From: Bdellovibrionota bacterium
GTDB lineage: Bacteria > Bdellovibrionota_C > UBA2361 > CALJRW01
Direction of reading: 5' to 3'
DNA: 64,000 bases
NCBI GenBank assembly: GCA_041740355.1
Contig: JBGSMD010000006.1
Location: forward strand, 1 to 64,000
The translations under genes were made by a program, and so were the position numbers. The notes beneath the pieces were generated by a model, which saw only the letters and a list, made by a program, of their open reading frames with translations, made no database searches and was not told the origin of the DNA. This document shows, piece by piece, positions 38,449 to 48,247 of the stretch. The first letter of the stretch is position 1. The number at the start of each line of letters is the position of its first letter.

Positions 38449-40680
38449 ATGGCAGTACAAGCTCCAAATAATAATCTACCAAACTCAGGACCCGAGATTA
38501 AGGCCGATGCACCGACATTTAGAGCTTTATCTGAAGATGAAAGAAAAGATTATAACCAATTCCATCAGAACCTTCAAGCGGGAAGTCCTGAGTGGAGAAT
38601 TTTAGTAAATAAAGAACAAGCAACGGTTCATGGGTCAATAGCGGAGACGATCTTTAATCCGGAGAAAGGAGTCGTTGATTGGGAACAATTAAAGAAATCT
38701 TACAAAGGGATCATTGGACGTTTTGAAATGTTAGTTTATGAAAATAAAGAGCGTCGTGCGCCTGCTTATTTATTAAACGCGAATACATTAAAAGAATTGA
38801 TTAGTTATGATCCTGGGACACATTCGATTGAAGATGATAGTAAGTTTTACCGTATGCAGAACAATCTTCTTGTTGGCATTAAGAAAGTTTTTGTAACTGA
38901 GCATCCTGAACCTTCGGTTGATCCCACTAAATCTTCAACTGAGGAGCCGATCAAGAGAAGTCGCATTAAAGGGCCTGGGAATAGTATAAACGACGCAGCC
39001 TCATCTCTTGGATTACTAGGAAATATTATTAATTATGGTGATATGAATCGGACCGCTGTTGAAGGTGCGGTTAGTTGTCATGTGCCAGTTGCAATGTTGG
39101 CTTTAGCAAAGGCTCTTGATAATCAGTGTAAACAGGAGACTGGAAAATGGTTGACCTCTGATCGAGGAGATACAGAAAGACTAGCCGCGACATTGCTGAT
39201 AATGTCTTATGAAAAATATTTGGTGGATCAGAAGATTTCAGGACCAGACTCAGATTTAACAATGGTTGTGTTAAATCAAGTTGACTGGATTATGAGATCT
39301 AATGAAAAAAAACTTAGCGATCAAGATCCGGCTAAAATTCTACAGTTTGCTGTTAATACTCACTCCGTTTCTGCACAAGGTTGTTTAAATTCTTTGCTTT
39401 TTCATGCTTATGGTCGTGGTCAGTCAGTATTATTGTATGATAATTCTCGTGAAGTCAGTAAGGGTTCTCCAAGTTTTGATAATCATTCTTGGAAAGGAAA
39501 TGCGATGGATAACCCATTGCAGATTTTTGAGTATCAACTGAGACATCATGAGCGTTCAATCCCAGGCCTCCCGGATTCAATTTATCGGAGACAATTTAAG
39601 AGTGGAATCCGATGCCTACTATCCTTTTCTGCGGCCGGAGTTCCCAACCTTAAAACAGCTACTGACTTGAGAAATAAAAACTATGATAATGCTTTGCCAC
39701 TAAGAGCCAAGATTCTAATTCCAGATGTGATTCTAGCAACACAGTCTTGGAATCGACAAGAGTCTGGTCTAGCTCGAATGGTTTCTGCTTTAGATTCTCC
39801 AACTGAGCAGGATACGTTTCATATGACAAAATTTCCTAGAGATGGGAAGCGCCCTTTTATTCATATTGATACATACAACGCGGCGAGAGAGGAATCTATT
39901 GAAGATTTACTATGCCAGCGGTATAAAGATGTAATGTCTGCAGTCGTTAAACACATGACTGATAAGTCAGCAACAGACACCTTTCCTGTTTTGGAAGTTC
40001 AAAAGTGCTTGGAGCATCTCTTGGTTTTAATTCCTAAAATTCCCGGTATGCCAGATCCACAAGAGTTTTTTAATCTTGTAGGTAAAAGTTATGAGGAAAG
40101 ATCCAAGGGAATAGTTTCTGAAGTAACAAAACTAGATAAAGAAGATCAAAAAGCATACGTGGTATTATTTTCATATTTGATTCTTAACCGTCTTCAGGAG
40201 ATGGATAATACTATTAAGGGATTAGAAGATTCTACACCTAAGAACCAAATCTCCAAGAAATTAAATGACTGTTTTCTTGATTCGGATTACTTAGCTAGCT
40301 TAAAAGAAGAGAGAAAAGAGTTTTTTGATGCTGTAAAAGCTTCCTTTCAGGCACTCTTAAAGGGTAAGGAGCCGAGGGATTCAGAAGAAGTCATCAATCC
40401 TGAGATTTCGAAGAAGATTAAAGAGGAGTATCGAAATAAATTAACAGTTTTGCAAAACAAAATTTTGGGAACCTTGCCAGCTAGTCCAGTTATTGATACA
40501 GAAACAGTCGTTGTAGAATCTGGTGATCCCACTGGAGATAAGTCAGTAAATGTAGATACTAAAAAATCACAGAACGAAGCGAGTGGAGGACTGCCTCCAA
40601 TTCCACAGGATATATTAGATAAACAAGTTATGGCATCTTTGGCACGTGTATTTGCGAAGCTCTCTTCTGAGGGAGAATAG
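38449..40680 (+). CDS. Orphan hypothetical protein (743 aa)
   Basis: Long ORF 2 bp after the previous gene; low-complexity termini; no recognised motif. Confidence 0.75.
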   Translation: MAVQAPNNNLPNSGPEIKADAPTFRALSEDERKDYNQFHQNLQAGSPEWRILVNKEQATVHGSIAETIFNPEKGVVDWEQLKKSYKGIIGRFEMLVYENKERRAPAYLLNANTLKELISYDPGTHSIEDDSKFYRMQNNLLVGIKKVFVTEHPEPSVDPTKSSTEEPIKRSRIKGPGNSINDAASSLGLLGNIINYGDMNRTAVEGAVSCHVPVAMLALAKALDNQCKQETGKWLTSDRGDTERLAATLLIMSYEKYLVDQKISGPDSDLTMVVLNQVDWIMRSNEKKLSDQDPAKILQFAVNTHSVSAQGCLNSLLFHAYGRGQSVLLYDNSREVSKGSPSFDNHSWKGNAMDNPLQIFEYQLRHHERSIPGLPDSIYRRQFKSGIRCLLSFSAAGVPNLKTATDLRNKNYDNALPLRAKILIPDVILATQSWNRQESGLARMVSALDSPTEQDTFHMTKFPRDGKRPFIHIDTYNAAREESIEDLLCQRYKDVMSAVVKHMTDKSATDTFPVLEVQKCLEHLLVLIPKIPGMPDPQEFFNLVGKSYEERSKGIVSEVTKLDKEDQKAYVVLFSYLILNRLQEMDNTIKGLEDSTPKNQISKKLNDCFLDSDYLASLKEERKEFFDAVKASFQALLKGKEPRDSEEVINPEISKKIKEEYRNKLTVLQNKILGTLPASPVIDTETVVVESGDPTGDKSVNVDTKKSQNEASGGLPPIPQDILDKQVMASLARVFAKLSSEGE

Positions 40681-40733
40681 TACTATTACTTCATATACTA
40701 ATCGACTAATTTAAAAAAGTAATCTTACGTCGC

Positions 40734-41228
40734 CTAGAATAAATTTCGTGCAGACAAAATTAATAGGCCAGATAGTGCACCTGCCACCAAATCATCCATC
40801 ATTACTCCCCTAGCCCCGGGGAATTTTTCAGCAAGACTTACTGGCCAAACTTTACTGGCATCAAACAATCTAAATAAAGCAAAGGCCAAAATTATTTGCC
40901 AGACATTGGTGGGGTCCACCGCTAAGAAAGCTACAGCTAATCCTGCCCACTCATCAATTACAATCCACGAAGGATCATTGTGTTTTTTATTACCTTCCTG
41001 ATTAATTCGGGGAAGGAGATAAGCAGTTAGTAGCCATCCGACAAGTGTAACAATTATAAGTGCTAAGATTTGCCAAAGATAATTAGAAGAAAGAACAAAA
41101 AACCAGATAAGCAGATAGGCAAAACTTCCCACTGTTCCTGGAGCGAATGGGAACTCTCCGGTGTAAAAGCCGGAGCAGAAGAATTTTGCAACTTCAATTT
41201 TAATCGACTTTAGTTCTGGGGTTTTCAT
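40734..41228 (-). CDS. pgpA: Phosphatidylglycerophosphatase A
   Basis: PFAPGTVGS, DP..IVIDEWAG, FRLFD..K.WP, GVMMDDLVAG. Confidence 0.95.
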   Translation of the reverse strand: MKTPELKSIKIEVAKFFCSGFYTGEFPFAPGTVGSFAYLLIWFFVLSSNYLWQILALIIVTLVGWLLTAYLLPRINQEGNKKHNDPSWIVIDEWAGLAVAFLAVDPTNVWQIILAFALFRLFDASKVWPVSLAEKFPGARGVMMDDLVAGALSGLLILSARNLF

Positions 41229-41499
41229 AGAAGTGAATGTCGTGTTTTTTAAGTTAGTAAGCTAGGCAGTAATTCCGAAGAATCTTCTGGAAGTATTACT
41301 TCTTCTCCTTACTACAATTATTAAATCTAAAGTAAAATAATTATTACTTTTAGTAATACTTTTGGTAAACTTTTTAATTTATTACTAATAAGTTATATTA
41401 GCCTATAATTAGCTTTCTTAGCATTTAGTTTGTGAATATTTAACATAATTCATTTGACTAGGAAGATCTAATTTTGCTATAAGCATACTACAAGTAGTT

Positions 41500-41631
41500 T
41501 AAACCTACCTTGGGTTATTTTTAGAAAAATCTCCCAAGGTAGGTTTAGTGTTTTCTACGGCAAAAAATGGCTGTGCCATTGTTTTGCTCGCCCAGCAGTA
41601 ATCACTTTTTCAAATATTGATTACTGCTGGG
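41500..41631 (+). promoter_or_regulatory. Three-hairpin leader upstream of minC (leader motif copy B)
   Basis: Hairpin TAAACCTACCTTGGG/CCCAAGGTAGGTTTA, core TGTTTTCTACGGCAAAA-stem-TTTTGCTCG, then CCCAGCAGTAATCA/TGATTACTGCTGGG. Confidence 0.55.
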
Positions 41632-41655
41632 TTTAAATCAACCAAGTAAATCCCT

Positions 41656-42507
41656 ATGCAAAACGAATCTAGTAATAAATCTGGCGCAAGCTTAGTAAGT
41701 GCTCGTGGCACTGGAGATGGTTTAACACTTAGATTGTTAGCGACTGAAGAATCGAATGTTTTACTTCACGCCATTACTGAATACTTAGAAGCTCGTCGCT
41801 CTTTTCTTTCTGGCAATGAAGTAATCTTGGAGTGGTGTGAAGGAATTCCCGCAGATGATTTATGTGCTCAGGTGGTTGATCTATTAAAAACTAAATTTCA
41901 AATTAAAGTTCAGAATAAAGAATTTGCTTCGAAAGAAGATGCAATGGAAGAATATTCTGGATTACATGTCTCTAGGACTTCCTCGTTTCAACCAGAAAGA
42001 ACTAGCTCTACTCCACGCACAGGACTTTTTGCCGGCATTGAAAACTTATCCGAAGCAATCGAAACAGATGTTACTAAAGATGATTTTGATGTGAGTTTTC
42101 CTGAAGCTAAATCTAAGAATTCTCCTTTTGCTAATTCTATGTTCTGGGATAATCCTGACGCGATGATTGTTCATGCCACTTTACGCTCAGGTCAAAAAAT
42201 TGAAACAGAAAATTCTATTGTGCTTGTTGGAGACGTTAATTACGGGGCAGAGATTGTTGCTGGTGGAGATGTGATTGTCCTTGGAATTCTTCGTGGTGTG
42301 GTTCATGCGGGTGCCTATGATGAGAATGGTGGGGGACGGTTTATCTTTTCTTTAGATTTACAACCAACCCAACTTCGAATTGGTTCAGTGATTTCCCGAG
42401 GGACTGAGCTTAAAAAAGGAAAAGGGGTTGAGATTGCGTACGTAGATGGAAGTGCTATTGTTGTTGAACAATACAACTCCAGAAATGCTGCAAATCGAAT
42501 TCGCTAA
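41656..42507 (+). CDS. minC: Septum site-determining protein MinC
   Basis: TLRSGQ.I, VGDVNYGAEIVAGGDVIVLG.LRGVVHAG, LQPTQLRIG. Confidence 0.93.
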   Translation: MQNESSNKSGASLVSARGTGDGLTLRLLATEESNVLLHAITEYLEARRSFLSGNEVILEWCEGIPADDLCAQVVDLLKTKFQIKVQNKEFASKEDAMEEYSGLHVSRTSSFQPERTSSTPRTGLFAGIENLSEAIETDVTKDDFDVSFPEAKSKNSPFANSMFWDNPDAMIVHATLRSGQKIETENSIVLVGDVNYGAEIVAGGDVIVLGILRGVVHAGAYDENGGGRFIFSLDLQPTQLRIGSVISRGTELKKGKGVEIAYVDGSAIVVEQYNSRNAANRIR

Positions 42508-42777
42508 TCTGATAAGAAGGTTTTGTCTGCTGAGGTTTTTTGATCATTAAAATTCGGATTGTTTTCTGATTTAGTAGTATTTTTTTATTAAATGATAAAA
42601 CAAGATAAATTTTCTTGATTTTTTTGAATATTGTACTAATTTAAGTACGAAGAAAAATCCCAATTCTTTTTTAGTAGGTAATTCTCTAGGCATTTATAAA
42701 TTTTGAGTGGAATCGCACTTCCGCTAAAAGTTAAATTCTTAGGTAAAATTAATTTGTCGATGTAGGTAGTTAATAAT

Positions 42778-43608
42778 ATGAATAATTCAAACGGCTCCAC
42801 TGGTAAAAAGAAAGGCTTAGCCGAAGTAATTGTAATTACTTCAGGTAAAGGCGGTACTGGTAAAACAACATCCACTGCCAGTATTGGTGCTGCTTTAGCA
42901 ATGAAGGGCATGAGAACTTTGTTAGTTGATGCTGACATTGGGCTTCGTAATCTTGATGTGATTCTAGGATTAGAAAATCGCATTGTGTTTAACATCGTTG
43001 ATGTTGCTAAAGGTGTTTGCAAGCCAAGCCAAGCAATTATTAAATCTAAAAAATCTCCGAATCTTTATATGCTTCCAGCGTCACAAACTGATGATAAAGA
43101 TGTCATTACTGAAGATGAAGTGCGACATGTAATTGAGCAATACAAGCGTGAATTCCATTTTATCTTAATTGATTCTCCAGCTGGTATTGAGCAAGGATTT
43201 AAGAATGCCTATGCTGCTGCTGATTCAGCAATTATTGTTACTACTCCAGAAGTTTCTTCGATTCGTGATGGGGATAGAGTTATTGGGCTGCTAGCAGCCG
43301 CAGGTATTGAGGCCAAAATGTTGATTAATCGTTTAGATTACAACATGGTTAGCCGTGGGGATATGTTATCAGTAGCGGACGTAAAAGAGATTCTAGGGAT
43401 TGAATTAATTGGTGTAGTTGAGCGTGATGATAATGTGATTATTGCGGCGAATACTGGAGAACCAGTTGTTTACAATCCTAAAGCTAGATCTGCTAAGGGC
43501 TTTATGAAAGTTGCGGATCGTTTATGTGGCCACGGTGAGATGGACGAGTCAGATTATCGTGCACCATCGATATTTACTAGGTTGTCACGTCGCCTAGGTA
43601 TGGCTTAG
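42778..43608 (+). CDS. minD: Septum site-determining ATPase MinD
   Basis: TSGKGGTGKTT, DIGLRNLD..LGLENR, DSPAGIE.GF, C-terminal amphipathic helix. Confidence 0.97.
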   Translation: MNNSNGSTGKKKGLAEVIVITSGKGGTGKTTSTASIGAALAMKGMRTLLVDADIGLRNLDVILGLENRIVFNIVDVAKGVCKPSQAIIKSKKSPNLYMLPASQTDDKDVITEDEVRHVIEQYKREFHFILIDSPAGIEQGFKNAYAAADSAIIVTTPEVSSIRDGDRVIGLLAAAGIEAKMLINRLDYNMVSRGDMLSVADVKEILGIELIGVVERDDNVIIAANTGEPVVYNPKARSAKGFMKVADRLCGHGEMDESDYRAPSIFTRLSRRLGMA

Positions 43609-43722
43609 AATAGGGAGTTAACAGCTACCTGATAAATACTAAAATTTATCATTGTTTAGCGAGTTGTTTTTTAGCTATTCAAACTTTGATTAGCGTTCGG
43701 ATAATTATTTAAGGGGTTTCAA

Positions 43723-44070
43723 ATGATTACTTTATGGCAGAAAATATTTGGCAGTGCAGCTAGCAGCAATCAAACAGCCAAGAGCAGATTACACTTCGTG
43801 TTGGTTCAAGATCGCACTGGGTTAAACAGTGAAGAAATGGCTTCTTTTAAAGAAGAATTAGTTCAAGTTATCGAAAAATATTTCGAAATTGAGAAAGATG
43901 GTTTTGATATTTCTTACAAACGTGAAGATGAAGAAACTGCCCTTGTGATCAATTCCCCAGTGGTTGTTCGTAAGGCTCGTAAGAAGATTGAAGTTGAATC
44001 TACTCCTTCTAAGAAACCTAAGAAGGAAAATGTTACTACAGAAACTGCGGAAGCTGCTCCGGTCGCCTAG
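43723..44070 (+). CDS. minE: Topological specificity factor MinE
   Basis: AKSRL.FVL..DR, KEELVQVIEKY; extended C-terminal tail. Confidence 0.92.
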   Translation: MITLWQKIFGSAASSNQTAKSRLHFVLVQDRTGLNSEEMASFKEELVQVIEKYFEIEKDGFDISYKREDEETALVINSPVVVRKARKKIEVESTPSKKPKKENVTTETAEAAPVA

Positions 44071-44094
44071 TATTTTCAAACTGTAATAATTTAG

Positions 44095-44135
44095 AAAGCC
44101 CCGTAGGTTATGAAAGTAACTTTCGGGGCTTTTTT
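44095..44135 (+). terminator. Rho-independent terminator after minE
   Basis: AAAGCCCCG...CGGGGC followed by a T run. Confidence 0.8.
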
Positions 44136-44470
44136 GTCGCCTATTATGAGTACTTGGACATAACTTGCTTCTTAACAGACTTACTCTCTCAAAGTTTTAT
44201 ATGAAATTTGACATGTTACATGTTGTATTTCATGAAATATAGCGGAATGGGTGATTAAGAGATTTTTTCAATCCTATAGAATTCAGGTTATTTGATCGGA
44301 TAAATGCTTTTAATAGAGTTGTTTTAGAACCTAATTACTAAGTTACTATTTTTAAAGTCAGCTGTGTCGGGCTTTTTAGAGCACGAGTAATCTTCATACG
44401 ACTGAATTATGCTCACGACTAAAATTCAGTTCAGTGAATTTTACTCGGATTGAAAAGATAGCTTTATTTT

Positions 44471-45559
44471 CTAGTTTGAGGGCCTTTGGTAGAAAGGAAG
44501 CTTCGTAATCTTGGCCTTAACTTTGCGTCCACGAATATCAAGAAAGACTTCATTTCCAATCTGAGACTCTTTATCCTCAATTATTCCTAAGGCAATTGCT
44601 TTATTAAGAGTGGGAGTTTTGGTGCCACTCGTTAAATGTCCAATCTCCACGTCTGCATTGTTAAAAACTTTAGTTCCTTCTCGGGCGATACCTGGCTCTA
44701 ATAATTCCAGACCAGTTAGTTTTCGATAATTTGTTTCTTTGTATTTCACTAAAGCATCTTTGCCGATAAAATTTGCTTTATTAAACTTGATAATCCAGGC
44801 AAGTCCTGAGGACAAAGCAGGAGTATCTGGCGTTAGCTCATGGCCATGCAAGGGATACGCTGCTTCTAGCCTTAATGTATCTCTAGCACCTAAGCCACAA
44901 GGGGTAATGTCTGTTCCACCAAGTTTAAGTAATTCGGTCCAAAGTTTAGCAGTATGTTCAGCTTGTAAGTATACTTCAAAGCCATCTTCTCCGGTGTAAC
45001 CAGTTCTTGCAATTAATATTGGGCGATCTAGCCAATTAGTTTCTAAGAAGTGAAAGTATTTTAATTCAGAGGCAGTTGGAAAGAGCTTGGTTAGGATTGC
45101 TTCAGCTTTTGGACCTTGAATCGCAATTTGTCCGTAGAAGTTACTGAGATTTAAAATATCTGCCTTAAACTTATTGTTATCAAGCATCCACTGATAATCG
45201 TTATCAGCATTTGAAGCATTAACACAAAGTAAGAACTTAGTAGAATTGAAACGATAGATAATTAAGTCATCAACAACTCCACCTTGCTGATTTAAGAAAG
45301 CGGAGTACTGTGCTTGTCCATCTTTAATTTTAGAGAGATCATTACAGCAAAGATATTGCAGAGTTTCCTCAGCAAAGTCTCCGGTAATTAGAATCTCACC
45401 CATGTGGCTGACATCAAACAGTCCTGCTGATTGTCGGCAAGCATTGTGTTCGGCAATTATTCCCGAATAACTAACAGGCATTTCCCAGCCAGCAAAAGGA
45501 ACGATTTGTGCTTTAAGTTTTAAGTGTTCGTTATATAGCGGGGTTCTTTGGTTGGTCAT
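44471..45559 (-). CDS. gcvT: Glycine cleavage system aminomethyltransferase T
   Basis: RTPLY, FAGWEMP, FDVSHMG, RTGYTGEDGFE, GLGARDTLRLEA. Confidence 0.97.
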   Translation of the reverse strand: MTNQRTPLYNEHLKLKAQIVPFAGWEMPVSYSGIIAEHNACRQSAGLFDVSHMGEILITGDFAEETLQYLCCNDLSKIKDGQAQYSAFLNQQGGVVDDLIIYRFNSTKFLLCVNASNADNDYQWMLDNNKFKADILNLSNFYGQIAIQGPKAEAILTKLFPTASELKYFHFLETNWLDRPILIARTGYTGEDGFEVYLQAEHTAKLWTELLKLGGTDITPCGLGARDTLRLEAAYPLHGHELTPDTPALSSGLAWIIKFNKANFIGKDALVKYKETNYRKLTGLELLEPGIAREGTKVFNNADVEIGHLTSGTKTPTLNKAIALGIIEDKESQIGNEVFLDIRGRKVKAKITKLPFYQRPSN

Positions 45560-45581
45560 TTATGTTTTCTATTAAAAGCTA

Positions 45582-46505
45582 TCAATTTCTTTTGTAAATC
45601 TCTAAGGTGTTTTTCATTAACATGGCAACTGTCATTGGGCCAACTCCACCGGGGACAGGTGTGATTGCAGAAGTGTGTGAAGCAATTTCTTCAAAGTCTA
45701 CATCTCCAATTAAAAATCCTTCGGAGTTACGGTTAATGCCAACATCAATTACTACCGCACCTTTTTTAACCCAGTCAGATTTCACAAGCTGCGGAACTCC
45801 GGCAGCGGCGATCACGATGTCGGCTTGTTTGCAGATTTCGGCAATGTTGGCTGTTTTAGAGTGAGCTTGGATTACCGTGCAGTCACGATTGAGCAGTAAG
45901 GAGTGTAATGGTTTTCCAACCAAGATGGAACGACCAATAATTACGGCAGTTTTTCCTTTTAGATCTACTTGTGGGATGTCTGAAAATTTGACGTTTTCTT
46001 GATCAGACTCAAATTTAGAAAAGGCTAAATCAATTAAGGCCATTGAGCCTAGAGGGGTACAAGGTTTTAAGTAACCTTCGCCACGAAACATTATCCCTTG
46101 GTTTAGGGGGTGCAGGGCATCAGCATCTTTTCTTGGGTCAATTTGATCGATAAATTTATTAGCTGATAAGTGACGTGGGAGTGGAAGTTGTAAGAGAATC
46201 CCATCAATTTCTGGATCAAGGTTGAACTTTTTAATTGCCTCGGAAAGTTCTGTCTCAGTGCAGTTGTCCGCAAGATTTAAGTCTTTGGTAATAAAGCCAC
46301 ATTGTTGTTCCGCCACCAAACTTTTTCGTTTCACATAAGAGAGAGAAGCTGGATTATTACCAACTAGAATTACACCAAGTCCTGGCACTCGACCTTTACT
46401 TGTCTTAAGTTGTTGAACTTCTTCTAGTATTTCAGCTTGCAGAATGCTGGATAACCAATTACCACTTAACTTCTTAAATTTATTTTTATCTTTATTGAAC
46501 TTCAT
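45582..46505 (-). CDS. folD: Methylene-THF dehydrogenase/cyclohydrolase
   Basis: GILLQLPLP, PCTPLG, GRSILVGKP, DVGIN, TPVPGGVGPMTV. Confidence 0.97.
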   Translation of the reverse strand: MKFNKDKNKFKKLSGNWLSSILQAEILEEVQQLKTSKGRVPGLGVILVGNNPASLSYVKRKSLVAEQQCGFITKDLNLADNCTETELSEAIKKFNLDPEIDGILLQLPLPRHLSANKFIDQIDPRKDADALHPLNQGIMFRGEGYLKPCTPLGSMALIDLAFSKFESDQENVKFSDIPQVDLKGKTAVIIGRSILVGKPLHSLLLNRDCTVIQAHSKTANIAEICKQADIVIAAAGVPQLVKSDWVKKGAVVIDVGINRNSEGFLIGDVDFEEIASHTSAITPVPGGVGPMTVAMLMKNTLEIYKRN

Positions 46506-46529
46506 GTTGACTTATTACTTAAAGGTTTT

Positions 46530-46577
46530 TAATTATTAGCTGCGACTAATTCAAAGATTAGTCGCAGCTAATAATTA
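46530..46577. promoter_or_regulatory. Perfect 21-bp inverted repeat in the folD/ald divergent promoter region
   Basis: TAATTATTAGCTGCGACTAAT-N6-ATTAGTCGCAGCTAATAATTA. Confidence 0.6.
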
Positions 46578-46715
46578 TCACGCCAAAGCTGCAAAAAATT
46601 AAGTTTTGAAGTAGCAAACTTCCAGCGTAAGTGGATTGGTAATTCAAGCTAACTGTTGAGTTTATCCTCAATGTTATCCACCCAGTTAATCTTACTAATT
46701 AAAAAAAAAATTACA

Positions 46716-47825
46716 ATGATCATTTCCGTACCAAGAGAAAGAAAAACCTTAGAAAAACGAGTTGCAATAACGCCATATGGCGCGAGACAGTTGATTCTTA
46801 GTGGGCACACAGTGCTAGTTGAAAAAGATGCCGGGCTTGGTTCGTTTTTTACTAATCAGGATTATTTAGAGGTGGGCTGTGAAATTGTTAATACCTTGGA
46901 AGAGTGCTGGAAGCGAGCTGAGTTATTAGTAAAAGTGAAAGAACCAGCTCCGGAAGAATATCAATATTTTCGTAAAGATTTAGTTGTTTTTGATTATCTG
47001 CATTTAGCAGGCTTACCAGAAGTTGCTAAAGAGTTAATCAAGTCAGGGATGACAGGTATTAGTTATGAATTAGTACAAATGGATGATGGGCGCTTACCAC
47101 TGCTTGAGCCAATGAGTGAGGTTGCTGGAAAATTAGCAGTTCAACTTGGAGCACATTTAATCTTAACTCAAAAAGGTGGGCGAGGAGTATTATTAGGAGG
47201 GACAGATACCGTATCGCCGGGAGAGGTAACTGTGATTGGAGCAGGTATTGCCGGACAAGCAGCAGTTGAAGTCGCTTATGGTATGGGTGCTAGAGTGCAT
47301 GTGCTTGATATTAATGAAGCAAGACTGAGTGACTTAGCCGGACGTTATGGTGACCGTTTAAAAACTTATCAATCCACACCAGAAAATATTTCTAAGTTGT
47401 GTCCAGAAACTGACGTGATGATTCTAGCTGTATTAATCCCTGGTGCAAAAGCTCCAAGAGTCTTAACTAGAGAACAAGTTGGAATGATGCAGGAAGGTTC
47501 CGTCTTAATTGATATTTCAATTGATCAGGGTGGAGCTGCTGAAACAATTCGGACAACTAGTTTAGAAAATCCAACTTATGTGGAAGCAGGAGTGATTCAT
47601 TACGGAGTTCCAAATATGCCGTCACAAGTTGCTCGTACTTCAACAAAAGCTCTAACTAAAGTAACACTTCCTTACATTCAGAAGATGGCTGACTTAGGTT
47701 TTAAGGAAGCATTAAAAAGCACACCTGAACTGTTAAAAGCAGTAAATACTTATGGTGGGCAAGTTTGTAATTTAGAAGTGGCGCATGCCTTAAATTTAGA
47801 GTGTGTTGAATTAATTTTAGAATAG
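46716..47825 (+). CDS. ald: Alanine dehydrogenase
   Basis: VPRE.K..EKRV, KVKEP, YLHLA, LPLLEPMSEVAG, GAGIAG, DISIDQGG, VPNMP. ATG at 46716 preferred. Confidence 0.95.
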   Translation: MIISVPRERKTLEKRVAITPYGARQLILSGHTVLVEKDAGLGSFFTNQDYLEVGCEIVNTLEECWKRAELLVKVKEPAPEEYQYFRKDLVVFDYLHLAGLPEVAKELIKSGMTGISYELVQMDDGRLPLLEPMSEVAGKLAVQLGAHLILTQKGGRGVLLGGTDTVSPGEVTVIGAGIAGQAAVEVAYGMGARVHVLDINEARLSDLAGRYGDRLKTYQSTPENISKLCPETDVMILAVLIPGAKAPRVLTREQVGMMQEGSVLIDISIDQGGAAETIRTTSLENPTYVEAGVIHYGVPNMPSQVARTSTKALTKVTLPYIQKMADLGFKEALKSTPELLKAVNTYGGQVCNLEVAHALNLECVELILE

Positions 47826-47833
47826 AAAAGAAA

Positions 47834-48214
47834 ATGAATTATCCAGCAAATTATAAATATACAAAAGATCATGAGTGGGTCTTATTAGAGAACGGCATAG
47901 CAAAAATTGGGATTACCGATTTTGCTCAATCAGAGTTGGGGGAAGTTGTTTATGTTGAATTACCAGCGATTGGAAAAGAACTGCAAGCAGGAAATCCTGC
48001 CTGTGTAGTAGAATCAACTAAAGCTGCCTCCGATGTCTATGCCCCAATTAACGGCAAAGTGGCTAGCGTTAATTTGGAATTAAATGACCAGCCAAATTTA
48101 CTAAATTCAGATCCACATAATGCTGCCTGGATTTTTTGTTTAGAGAATATTTCCGAAGTAGAGATAGGAAATTTAATGTCAGCAGAAGAATATTCTAAAT
48201 TGGTACACGCCTAA
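47834..48214 (+). CDS. gcvH: Glycine cleavage system H protein
   Basis: YTKDHEW, GITDFAQ..LG, lipoyl-Lys motif VESTKAASD. Confidence 0.97.
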   Translation: MNYPANYKYTKDHEWVLLENGIAKIGITDFAQSELGEVVYVELPAIGKELQAGNPACVVESTKAASDVYAPINGKVASVNLELNDQPNLLNSDPHNAAWIFCLENISEVEIGNLMSAEEYSKLVHA

Positions 48215-48219
48215 GTAAT

Positions 48220-48243
48220 AATTTATTTTTTGTCATAAGTATA
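48220..48243. repeat. Isolated right-end fragment of the MITE-like repeat
   Basis: AATTTATTTTTTGTCATAA also occurs in copy 1 (116-134). Confidence 0.5.
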
Positions 48244-48247
48244 AACT

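Noticed and set aside
40729-44073. Recurring GTCGCCTAG 9-mer (pgpA end, minD, minE end, also 63533)
   Set aside because: Too short and mostly within coding sequence; cannot be separated from chance by eye.
44136-44470. ncRNA (SRP, 6S, tmRNA, RNase P) in the minE-gcvT gap
   Set aside because: No diagnostic motif recognised; an Rfam scan would be needed.
46506-46715. Glycine riboswitch upstream of the gcv genes
   Set aside because: No GGAGA/CCGAAG/CTCAGG aptamer elements on either strand.
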